Shown here piece after piece: positions 27,508 through 34,548 of a DNA stretch of 64,000 nt; the first letter of the stretch is position 1; each line of letters starts with the position of its first letter. A program made the position numbers and the translations under genes. Where the stretch lies: contig CAZPHS010000003.1 in the NCBI GenBank assembly GCA_964586785.1, forward strand, positions 5,062-69,061. Direction: 5' to 3'. The notes below the pieces were generated by a model. The model was not told the origin of the DNA and did not search any database. It saw nothing but the letters and a program-made list of their open reading frames with translations. The stretch comes from an uncultured Christensenellaceae bacterium. GTDB lineage: Bacteria; Bacillota; Clostridia; Christensenellales; SZUA-584.

Positions 27508-28542
27508 ATGATGATGAAAAAAGTTATTACATTCGGAGAAGTGATGCTTAGGCTCAAGTCGCCCGGCAATGAAAGGATGTTTCAGTCTCCCGCGCTGGAG
27601 GCGACATTTGGAGGCGGAGAAGCAAATGTGGCTATTTCGCTGGCCAACTTTGGTATGAACGTTGCTTTCGTCACTGCACTGCCCAAAAATATGATCGGTG
27701 AGAGCTGTGTGCAGGAACTCAGAAAATGGGGCGTGGATACATCGAAAATCATCAGGAGCGACGCACGAATGGGTGTCTATTTCCTTGAAACGGGCGCGAA
27801 CCAGCGGCCATCCAGCGTGGTCTATGACAGAGATCAATCCGCAATTTCACTGGCAAAACCGGGTGATATCGACTGGGATGTCGTGTTTGACGGTGCAGAA
27901 TGGTTCCATATTACCGGCATTACCCCGGCTATAAGCAAAGATGCAAAAGAGCTTTCTTTCGAAGCGGTCAAAAAGGCAAAAGAGAAAGGGCTGACGATAT
28001 CCTGCGACTTCAATTTCCGCAAAAAACTGTGGAAATACGGCGAGTCAGCCACCGATGTGATGCCAAGGCTCGTTGAATACTGCGACTACGGCATAGCGAA
28101 TGAAGAGGACTGCCAGAAGTCTCTCGGTGTTCATATAGACGTAAAAGTGGAAAGCGGCAAACTGGATACCGATCAATACAAGGCTTTGGGTGACAAGGTT
28201 TTAAGTATGTATCCGAACTTAAAGGCCATTGCCATCACGTTGCGCGAAAGCGTCAGTGCGGATATAAACGGCTGGGCGGCATGCCTGAATGACAGAAACA
28301 CCTTTAGCCTGAGCAAAAAATATGAAATCAGGGACATCATTGACCGCGTCGGCGGCGGTGATTCGTTTGCTGCCGGTTTGATATACGGTCTTAATGCCTA
28401 CAGCAGCAAACAGGAGGCGCTTGAATTTGCCGTTGCGGCAAGCTGCCTTAAGCATTCCATCATGGGCGACTTCAACCGTGTGACTGTCGCCGAAGTGGAG
28501 AAGCTCAAAGGCGGTGATGCGTCGGGCAGGGTTCAGCGCTAA
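27508..28542 (+). CDS. kdgK: 2-dehydro-3-deoxygluconokinase (PfkB family)
   Basis: [19 protein letters not shown] and the C-terminal [13 protein letters not shown] motif; adjacent to eda. Confidence 0.85.
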   Translation: MMMKKVITFGEVMLRLKSPGNERMFQSPALEATFGGGEANVAISLANFGMNVAFVTALPKNMIGESCVQELRKWGVDTSKIIRSDARMGVYFLETGANQRPSSVVYDRDQSAISLAKPGDIDWDVVFDGAEWFHITGITPAISKDAKELSFEAVKKAKEKGLTISCDFNFRKKLWKYGESATDVMPRLVEYCDYGIANEEDCQKSLGVHIDVKVESGKLDTDQYKALGDKVLSMYPNLKAIAITLRESVSADINGWAACLNDRNTFSLSKKYEIRDIIDRVGGGDSFAAGLIYGLNAYSSKQEALEFAVAASCLKHSIMGDFNRVTVAEVEKLKGGDASGRVQR

Positions 28543-28586
28543 GCCATGCGGGATGTAGCCAAGCATCGGGATTCGGGAGATGTGCA

Positions 28587-29783
28587 TTGAAAAATAATAA
28601 AGAAATCCTTGGAGTTTACCCAATATTCTTTTGTTATGCTTTTTATTTATCGATGCTTGGCCAGCTGGTCCCGTATCTGCAGCAAAAATACGGACTTGTG
28701 CTCATGGGCGCGGGTTTGTTTTCAACGCTGCAGTCGGTGGGGGGTATAGCAGCGGTATGTATCTACATAATGTATCTGGATTGGGTCAGCAAACCAAAGC
28801 TTCTGGCAGTTTTGGGCATCGTCTTTGGCATCCAGATGGCATTTGTAGGAATGATGCCGACTTTTTTGCTGGCTTGTCTGCTCTTTGTACTCATAGGTTT
28901 TGTCAACAGCTTCGTCAACGCACTATCAAATGCCGTTGTATCAGATTATACCATGGAGCAAAGAGGGCTGTATCTTAATCTGCTGCATGGTTTTTTCGGA
29001 CTTGGCGGAGCAGTAGGTTCACAGGCGGCGGGCTTTATAAAAGGTGTTGCCGGTATAGAACAGACCTTTTTGTGGTTTGGTGTCATCGCAGCGGGGTTTG
29101 CTTTTAGCTACCATTTGTTATTGAGGCGCGGTATGCAGTTCCCTGTTGTTGCAGTGAGACAATCATCAGCGGTCCGGTTGCACGTATTAAAGCAGGCCAT
29201 TAAAATACCCGGCATGATAAGCGTTGTTTTGGTAGCATTTTTCAATGCATTTGTATTGATCAACGTGCTATACTTTACATATTCATATGTTTACGGGTTA
29301 AGCGGTAACATACGTATTTCGGCAGCCGCGATAACAGTTTTTTTTGTTTTTATGGCATTGAGCCGTTTCATCGGAACAAAACTGACGAAAAGGCTAACGC
29401 CCAAACAGTTCGTTTTCTGGGGCAGCCTTCTTGGATTTGGCGCATACATCATTGCCGGCTTGACGGTAAACGTATTTGTTGTTGTTGCTATGATAGGGAT
29501 GCTTGGTTTTTTTACGGGAAACCATTTGCCTCAGATTACCAACGCCGCGTGCTCGATCATCCCCGAAACGTCGGCAGCAGCGACGGGGCTGATCACTCTT
29601 GGTTATTTTCTTGCAACCATTGTGGCTTCGCCGATTATCGGATGGGTAGGCGATGCTTTTAGTCTCAAGCATGCGTTGATGGTTAATGCTTTGATGCTTG
29701 TGCCGGCCGCAATGCTTTCCTTGAAGATGGGTAGCGGAAAACTGATAAATCATAAAGAATATCAATTAAATATAAAAATATGA
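28587..29783 (+). CDS. MFS transporter
   Basis: 12-TM profile; TTG start behind a GGGAGA RBS. Confidence 0.75.
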   Translation: MKNNKEILGVYPIFFCYAFYLSMLGQLVPYLQQKYGLVLMGAGLFSTLQSVGGIAAVCIYIMYLDWVSKPKLLAVLGIVFGIQMAFVGMMPTFLLACLLFVLIGFVNSFVNALSNAVVSDYTMEQRGLYLNLLHGFFGLGGAVGSQAAGFIKGVAGIEQTFLWFGVIAAGFAFSYHLLLRRGMQFPVVAVRQSSAVRLHVLKQAIKIPGMISVVLVAFFNAFVLINVLYFTYSYVYGLSGNIRISAAAITVFFVFMALSRFIGTKLTKRLTPKQFVFWGSLLGFGAYIIAGLTVNVFVVVAMIGMLGFFTGNHLPQITNAACSIIPETSAAATGLITLGYFLATIVASPIIGWVGDAFSLKHALMVNALMLVPAAMLSLKMGSGKLINHKEYQLNIKI

Positions 29784-29795
29784 AAGGATGGCATT

Positions 29796-30413
29796 ATGCT
29801 TAAATTTGAAACAGACAAAACCGCGCTTGTGATCGTTGATCTTCAGAATGATTTTGTGCGTATCGGAGCCGCTTTGGAAGTTGCCGATGCACGAAAAACA
29901 ATACCTGTGGCTCAGAAACTGATTGCTTTTGCACGTAAGAAAAATATGCCGATTGTCTTTACTAAATTTGTTGCAGGGCCAAAGAGAACTCTTCTTTGGA
30001 ACTGGAGCCCGCAAATTAAAGAAGACAGTTGCTGCTTTCGCAACTTTAAACGCTATTATCTTGAAGAAGGAAAAGAGCTCGAAGTTACCGATATTATATC
30101 GGAGTTAAAACCAGAACCCCATGATTATATCATCGAAAAGTATGGTTACTCTTCTTTTAGAAATACTGCGCTGCAGGATATCTTGGCGGCTGAAAACAGA
30201 GACTCCATCATTGTTTTAGGTACGGTTACGCAGATCTGTGTTGAGGATACGGTGCATGATGCTTTTCATCTTGGTATTAAAACGCTGGTGGCAAAAGACG
30301 GCGTATCCTCGTTTGACAGCCAACTGCATGATGCCGCGATAAAGAATTTCGAGATGAAATATGCGGCGGTTGCGGATTCGGACAGCATTATAAAGATGAT
30401 GAGTGAAAATTAA
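29796..30413 (+). CDS. isochorismatase-family cysteine hydrolase (RutB / N-carbamoylsarcosine amidase / nicotinamidase family)
   Basis: ALVIVDLQNDF (Asp), a conserved Lys region, and GTVTQICVEDT with the nucleophile Cys. Confidence 0.8.
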   Translation: MLKFETDKTALVIVDLQNDFVRIGAALEVADARKTIPVAQKLIAFARKKNMPIVFTKFVAGPKRTLLWNWSPQIKEDSCCFRNFKRYYLEEGKELEVTDIISELKPEPHDYIIEKYGYSSFRNTALQDILAAENRDSIIVLGTVTQICVEDTVHDAFHLGIKTLVAKDGVSSFDSQLHDAAIKNFEMKYAAVADSDSIIKMMSEN

Positions 30414-30453
30414 CGGAACTATCCCATATTAGCAAAAAGAAACCGAGCTGTAA

Positions 30454-30790
30454 CAAAAGAAGGTTCTAGGTGACAGAGAGCATAAGCTTGGCGCAAAGTA
30501 TAAAGCGAAGCAGAACGAGCTTAAGGTCGGCCTGTCGGAGCTGAAAGCGGAGTTGGCTGTTGTTAGGGACGATACCGAAAACATCAAACATATGATTGAA
30601 CGCTTTAAGCAGTGCGTTTACATTGAAGAACTGGATAGGGATACCGTATGCGAGCTGATCGACTAAATATGGGTATACAAAAAGGATAATGCCGGGAAAG
30701 GCTACAGGCAGAAGATCGGCATACACTGCAACTTTGTCGGGGATCTGAACGGCTGCGATATCATGGCATATTTCGATCACATCACGAGAA
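30454..30790 (+). pseudogene. 3' remnant of a large serine recombinase gene with in-frame nonsense codon
   Basis: Reads ...LSELKAELAVVRDDTENIKHMIERFKQCVYIEELDRDTVCELID*IWVYKKDNAGKGYRQKIGIHCNFVGDL, with the TAA at 30664-30666. This is the coiled-coil and C-terminal tail typical of TndX/CcrB-like recombinases. The catalytic N-terminus is absent. Confidence 0.65.
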
Positions 30791-30793
30791 ACC

Positions 30794-30839
30794 AAAAGAA
30801 AAAGTCCGAAAACCCTGTATTTATCGGTGTTCTCGGACT
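30794..30839 (-). terminator. rho-independent terminator of tRNA-Ser
   Basis: On the minus strand: AGTCCGAGAAC...GTTTTCGGACT hairpin (30839-30803) followed by TTTTTCTTTT. Confidence 0.7.
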
Positions 30840-30841
30840 TT

Positions 30842-30935
30842 TGGCGGAGAAGCCGGGATTTGAACCCGGGCACCGGTTACCCCGGTCTACTCCCTTAGCA
30901 GGGGAGCCCCTTCAGCCGTACTTGGGTACTTCTCC
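30842..30935 (-). tRNA. tRNA-Ser (anticodon GCU), CCA encoded
   Basis: Minus strand: GGAGAAG acceptor, anticodon stem-loop CTCCC-CTGCTAA-GGGAG, long variable arm, T-arm CCGGGTTCAAATCCCGG, CTTCTCC-G-CCA. The discriminator is G. Confidence 0.9.
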
Positions 30936-30957
30936 ACAGACGCTTTAAAACCAGTTT

Positions 30958-30987
30958 ATTATAAGAGATAACCGGCTCGGCTGTCAA
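30958..30987 (-). promoter_or_regulatory. sigma-A promoter of tRNA-Ser
   Basis: Minus strand: TTGACA (30987-30982), 18 nt, TATAAT (30963-30958), about 22 nt upstream of the mature tRNA 5' end. Confidence 0.65.
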
Positions 30988-30990
30988 CTG

Positions 30991-31467
30991 TCAAACATGA
31001 CGGAATTTCGCGTTGTCGCGCCGCATATTAACCATATCGACACCAAATTCGTTGCGAGAGGACACTATGGTATAGCCAAGCTTATTGTAGAAGCTAATAT
31101 TTTTTACGCTGTCTTTTGCGGTAAACAATATAAACCCGCGGCAATCTTTGTACATATCGTGTACGGCAAACATGAGCGACTGACCGATTCCTTTACGCTG
31201 GTGATAGGGATGCACGGAAAGCCTGCCTATATAACAGTCGCCATTTCCGTCCGGACACGCCCTGACAGAACCCGCTATTTTACCGTTAAGTGTGTATTTG
31301 AACATTGTCATTCTTTCAAAATCGCCCGTTATCTGCTCAATTGTTTCTGTCATAGGAGCGATATCGGGCCTTTCGCTCTTAAGCGCGATTGGCGCGAATG
31401 CTGCTTTCTGCACCTCTAAAACTTCGGCCAAATCCTTTTTTTCAACCATAACGACTAACCCGTCCAT
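30991..31467 (-). CDS. GNAT-family N-acetyltransferase
   Basis: Acetyl-CoA motif A HQRKGIGQSLM inside a ~158-aa GNAT fold. A GGAGG RBS sits 5 nt before the ATG at 31467. The ORF-track extension to 31569 runs through the T-box terminator. Confidence 0.8.
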   Translation of the reverse strand: MDGLVVMVEKKDLAEVLEVQKAAFAPIALKSERPDIAPMTETIEQITGDFERMTMFKYTLNGKIAGSVRACPDGNGDCYIGRLSVHPYHQRKGIGQSLMFAVHDMYKDCRGFILFTAKDSVKNISFYNKLGYTIVSSRNEFGVDMVNMRRDNAKFRHV

Positions 31468-31510
31468 TTTTGCCTCCGCGTAAATAATAAAAATTTTGCT
31501 GCGTCTTTTT

Positions 31511-31783
31511 AGAAAAATAAAATAAGCCTTATCCTCAAGGGACAAAAGCTTATGCTTCTGCGGTACCACCCAAATTGATGATATAAATCACCCGCTCGTT
31601 TCGCATACAATAATATGCACCCCGCTGATAACGGAAGGGGTTCCCGTCGGCGCCTATTTCCGGACAGGTTTCAGGCCGCCCTCACAAGTCCATTCGGTAA
31701 AATCTGTGCTGCCGCGTTCCCATCGCCCGCGGCTTTCTTTATACACCCGATATTACTTACTAATCATGCTCTTAGGTTTATCT
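31511..31783 (-). promoter_or_regulatory. T-box riboswitch leader (tRNA-sensing transcription attenuator)
   Basis: Minus strand carries AAUUUGGGUGGUACCGC (31576-31560), the conserved T-box sequence. A K-turn-like GCGAUGGGAA sits near 31726-31717, with distal stem I elements UGUGAG and CCUGAAACC. The terminator is AUAAGC-U-UUUGUCC/GGAUAAG-GCUUAU (31553-31522) plus UUUUAUUUUU. Confidence 0.85.
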
Positions 31784-31789
31784 TAATAA

Positions 31790-31819
31790 ATTATATGTTA
31801 TTTGCTGTAATCATGTCAA
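31790..31819 (-). promoter_or_regulatory. sigma-A promoter driving the T-box leader
   Basis: Minus strand: TTGACA (31819-31814), 18 nt, TATAAT (31795-31790). Confidence 0.65.
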
Positions 31820-31940
31820 TAAAAAAACGGTTTTACTTCTTTACTTGTGATTAGGCATTATGATTTTGTTTATATATAATGTAAGCGCAGTTATCGCTTA
31901 AGCATACCGGACACGATAAGGCAACCAATAGTAGGGGCGG

Positions 31941-31982
31941 AAAAAACAAAGAAAACAGGGCGGCCTTGCTCTGTTTTCTTTG
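31941..31982 (-). terminator. strong orphan intrinsic terminator-like hairpin (minus-strand orientation)
   Basis: CAAAGAAAACAG (31947-31958) pairs with CTGTTTTCTTTG (31971-31982), a perfect 12 bp extendable to ~15 bp. On the minus strand it is followed directly by TTTTTT (31946-31941). No annotated minus-strand gene lies upstream. Confidence 0.55.
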
Positions 31983-32060
31983 ATTGATGAAAAAAACACC
32001 GCAAGCGTAACCGAGGTTTAATTATTCACGCGCCTGAACAACAAATCAGCATATTGCCTC

Positions 32061-32090
32061 TTGTCAGCGGCCTTTGCGCCATGTTATAAT
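32061..32090 (+). promoter_or_regulatory. sigma-A promoter of rplS with ~95-nt leader
   Basis: TTGTCA (32061-32066), 18 nt, TATAAT (32085-32090). The leader contains a GCGC-rich hairpin before the GGGAGGAGG RBS. Confidence 0.6.
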
Positions 32091-32184
32091 CCTTTGGTTG
32101 ATTTAGGGCGGTCCGCTTTCCGAGCTGCGCATTTTTGCGCCGCGCTTACGGTTATGAACGCCTGTATTGGGAGGAGGAATCAGC

Positions 32185-32532
32185 ATGAATAATATAATAA
32201 AAGCCATAGAGCAGGAACAGATTCGCGGCGATTTGCCTAAACTTGAAATCGGCGATCTCGTCAAGGTATTCGTTAAAGTTGTCGAGGGCACAAGGGAGAG
32301 GCTTCAAGGATTCGAAGGTTATATAATCGCCCGTCGCGGCGGCGGGGTTAAAGAGACTATAACCGTAAGGAGAGTTTCTTTCGGAGTGGGAATAGAGCGT
32401 ACGTTTCCGCTTCATTCGCCTAAAATTGCGAATATTGAAAAGGTGCGCGGCAGCAAAGTACGGCGCGCAAAACTATACTTTCTGCGCGACCGCATAGGTA
32501 AAGCGGCAAAACTTAAAGAAAAAAGACATTAA
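32185..32532 (+). CDS. rplS: 50S ribosomal protein L19
   Basis: [35 protein letters not shown]...[17 protein letters not shown]. The ATG at 32185 follows a GGAGGAGG RBS. Confidence 0.95.
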   Translation: MNNIIKAIEQEQIRGDLPKLEIGDLVKVFVKVVEGTRERLQGFEGYIIARRGGGVKETITVRRVSFGVGIERTFPLHSPKIANIEKVRGSKVRRAKLYFLRDRIGKAAKLKEKRH

Positions 32533-32591
32533 ATAAAGGGAGCCGGCAGCGGCTTCTTTTGTTATCGCAAGATTTGGTACGGAGGTTCGTG

Positions 32592-33425
32592 ATGGACATT
32601 CAATGGTATCCCGGGCACATGGCAAAAACCCGGCGCCAAATAACCGAAAAGCTAAAGCTTATAAGCGTTGCCGTTATAGCGGTGGACGCGCGCGCGCCCA
32701 AAAGCACGTTAAGCCCCGATTTAGTGTCCCTGCTGTCCGGAAAATCCTGCGTTATAGCGCTTAACAAGAGTGATTTGGCGGATTCTTGGCAGACAAAGCT
32801 TTGGTTAAATTACTACCGAAATTCTTTTGGCTTCGCGGTATCGTTTTCCGCCACGCGTGACAAGGCGGGAAAGCTTATAGATGTTATAAACAAAGCCGCG
32901 GCGCCGGTTAAGGACCGTTACGCAAAAAAAGGTATGCGCAAAAGCGTCCGCGTTCTTGTCGCGGGGGTGCCGAACGTGGGCAAATCGGCTATCATAAACA
33001 GGCTCATAGGCAGAAAAAGCGCTAAAGAGGGCAATATACCCGGGGTTACGCGCGCGCTGCAGTGGGTGCGGCTTTCCGACGATATTGAGCTTATGGATTC
33101 TCCCGGGCTGCTTTGGCCTAAAATTGAATCGCGCGAGGCGGCCGAAAGGATAGCCGTTCTCGGCGGCATAAAGCATGAGATAACGGACGGTATAGCGCTT
33201 GCGAGGAGCCTTATAAACATGCTTGCCGACGCAGCGCCCCACGCCATAGCGCGGCGCTATGAAATAGAGCCTTCGGGCACGGCGGACGAGGTACTAAATG
33301 CCATATGCCAAAAAAGAGGGTTTCTTATAAAGCGCGGCGAAATTGATACGGAGCGCGGCGCCCGTATGCTGCTTGATGAATTCCGCGGCGGGCGTCTTGG
33401 ACGCATTACGCTTGAACGGGTTTAA
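32592..33425 (+). CDS. rbgA: ribosome biogenesis GTPase A (YlqF)
   Basis: MDIQWYPGHMAKTRRQI and circularly permuted GTPase motifs (NKSDL, GVPNVGKS, DSPG). Position between rplS and rnhB is conserved. Confidence 0.9.
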   Translation: MDIQWYPGHMAKTRRQITEKLKLISVAVIAVDARAPKSTLSPDLVSLLSGKSCVIALNKSDLADSWQTKLWLNYYRNSFGFAVSFSATRDKAGKLIDVINKAAAPVKDRYAKKGMRKSVRVLVAGVPNVGKSAIINRLIGRKSAKEGNIPGVTRALQWVRLSDDIELMDSPGLLWPKIESREAAERIAVLGGIKHEITDGIALARSLINMLADAAPHAIARRYEIEPSGTADEVLNAICQKRGFLIKRGEIDTERGARMLLDEFRGGRLGRITLERV

Positions 33426-33431
33426 AATTAT

Positions 33432-34070
33432 ATGAAAAATATAAAAAATATATCGGAAGAGCGCGTAAGGCTGCGGCAATTAAGCCAATATGAAAAGCCG
33501 TTCTGGAAAAAGCGCCTGCTTGTCGCGGGGGTTGATGAAGCGGGGCGCGGACCGTTGGCGGGGCCGTGCGTTGCGGCGGCAGTGATAATGCCTCCGGACT
33601 GCCTTATAGAGGGCGTGGACGATTCAAAAAAGCTGTCCGAAGACAAACGGGAAGCCTTGTATGAGAAGATAACGTCACAGGCCGTATGCTATGCGGTCGG
33701 CATGGCGGACAACCGGCTTATTGACGAAATAAACATTTTAAAGGCGGCGCAGTACGCTTTTTCACAGGCCATATCGGTTCTGGCGGTAAAACCCGCGTTT
33801 ATATTCTGCGACCGTATAGGCGGCATAAAAACCGATATAGACTACGAAGAGATTATAGGCGGAGACCGTTTGTGCTACAGCGTCGCGGCGGCGTCAATAA
33901 TCGCGAAAGTAACGCGAGACCGTATGATGCGCGAATTTGACGAGAAATACAAAGGCTACGGTTTCGCGCAGCACAAGGGTTACGGAACAAAGCAGCATTA
34001 CGACGCTATAGCGGCATTGGGCGTATGCGGCATTCACAGGGCTACATTCCTAAAAAAACTGTCCGTATGA
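33432..34070 (+). CDS. rnhB: ribonuclease HII
   Basis: VAGVDEAGRGPLAGPCVAAAV, DDSKKLS and HKGYGT motifs. Confidence 0.9.
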   Translation: MKNIKNISEERVRLRQLSQYEKPFWKKRLLVAGVDEAGRGPLAGPCVAAAVIMPPDCLIEGVDDSKKLSEDKREALYEKITSQAVCYAVGMADNRLIDEINILKAAQYAFSQAISVLAVKPAFIFCDRIGGIKTDIDYEEIIGGDRLCYSVAAASIIAKVTRDRMMREFDEKYKGYGFAQHKGYGTKQHYDAIAALGVCGIHRATFLKKLSV

Positions 34071-34420
34071 ACAATAGGCGCAGGGGAGACGACGGTGAGA
34101 TAATAGCCGTACAATATCTTAAAAAACAAGGGCATACTATACTCGCCAGAAACCATTGCGTGCGCGGCGGCGAAATAGACATTATTTTTTTAGACGGGAG
34201 CACCGTTGTTTTCTGCGAGGTTAAGCTTAGGACGCAAAGTAAATTCGGAACCGGCGCGGAGGCGGTTGACGAGAGAAAACGGCGCTGCATATGCCGGGCG
34301 GCTCTTGATTACGCGTATACCGGCGGGTATTTGGACAGCGCCATGCGGTTTGATATTATAGAAATTACGGGCGGGCGCATAGCGCATATAAAAGGCGCGT
34401 TCGAGTTTATAGAGCCGTAA
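34067..34420 (+). CDS. YraN-family (UPF0102) endonuclease-like protein
   Basis: GEIIAVQYLKKQGHTILARNHCVRGGEIDIIFLDGSTVVFCEVKLR. The ATG at 34067 overlaps the rnhB stop (ATGA). Confidence 0.8.
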   Translation: MNNRRRGDDGEIIAVQYLKKQGHTILARNHCVRGGEIDIIFLDGSTVVFCEVKLRTQSKFGTGAEAVDERKRRCICRAALDYAYTGGYLDSAMRFDIIEITGGRIAHIKGAFEFIEP

Positions 34421-34548
34421 GCGTTTTTCCGAATAATTATATATTTTAAACAAATATTAAGAATACTTGATAATCAGCAAAAATACCGCGCCCCTTTTAT
34501 TTCCCGCCAAAAGAAAAAGTTGCCGTAAGCTTTTTTTTTGGTATAATA

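Noticed and set aside
25697-28542. Calling the SDR-eda-kdgK trio a complete hexuronate utilisation pathway.
   Set aside because: The uronate isomerase and the mannonate or altronate dehydratase are not present in the window, so only the end-pathway can be supported.
31600-31700. A possible SRP/4.5S-like RNA on the minus strand, because of GUCCGGAA-like and GGAAG-like strings.
   Set aside because: The same region contains the T-box consensus AAUUUGGGUGGUACCGC, a K-turn-like GCGAUGGGAA, and a downstream terminator directly in front of a gene. The T-box leader explains all of these elements and the SRP reading does not.
30842-31783. The idea that the T-box senses the adjacent tRNA-Ser(GCU). An AGC-A string occurs in the leader at GGCAGCACAG.
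   Set aside because: The AGC lies on the 5' side of stem I, not in the 3'-side specifier position. The T-box bulge UGGU predicts discriminator A73, whereas this tRNA-Ser has G73. The tRNA also has its own promoter and terminator.
30763-31854. ORFs 30763-30948 (+) and 31615-31854 (+).
   Set aside because: The first reads through the tRNA-Ser gene and its terminator. The second lies across the T-box leader on the opposite strand. Neither has an RBS or recognisable motifs.
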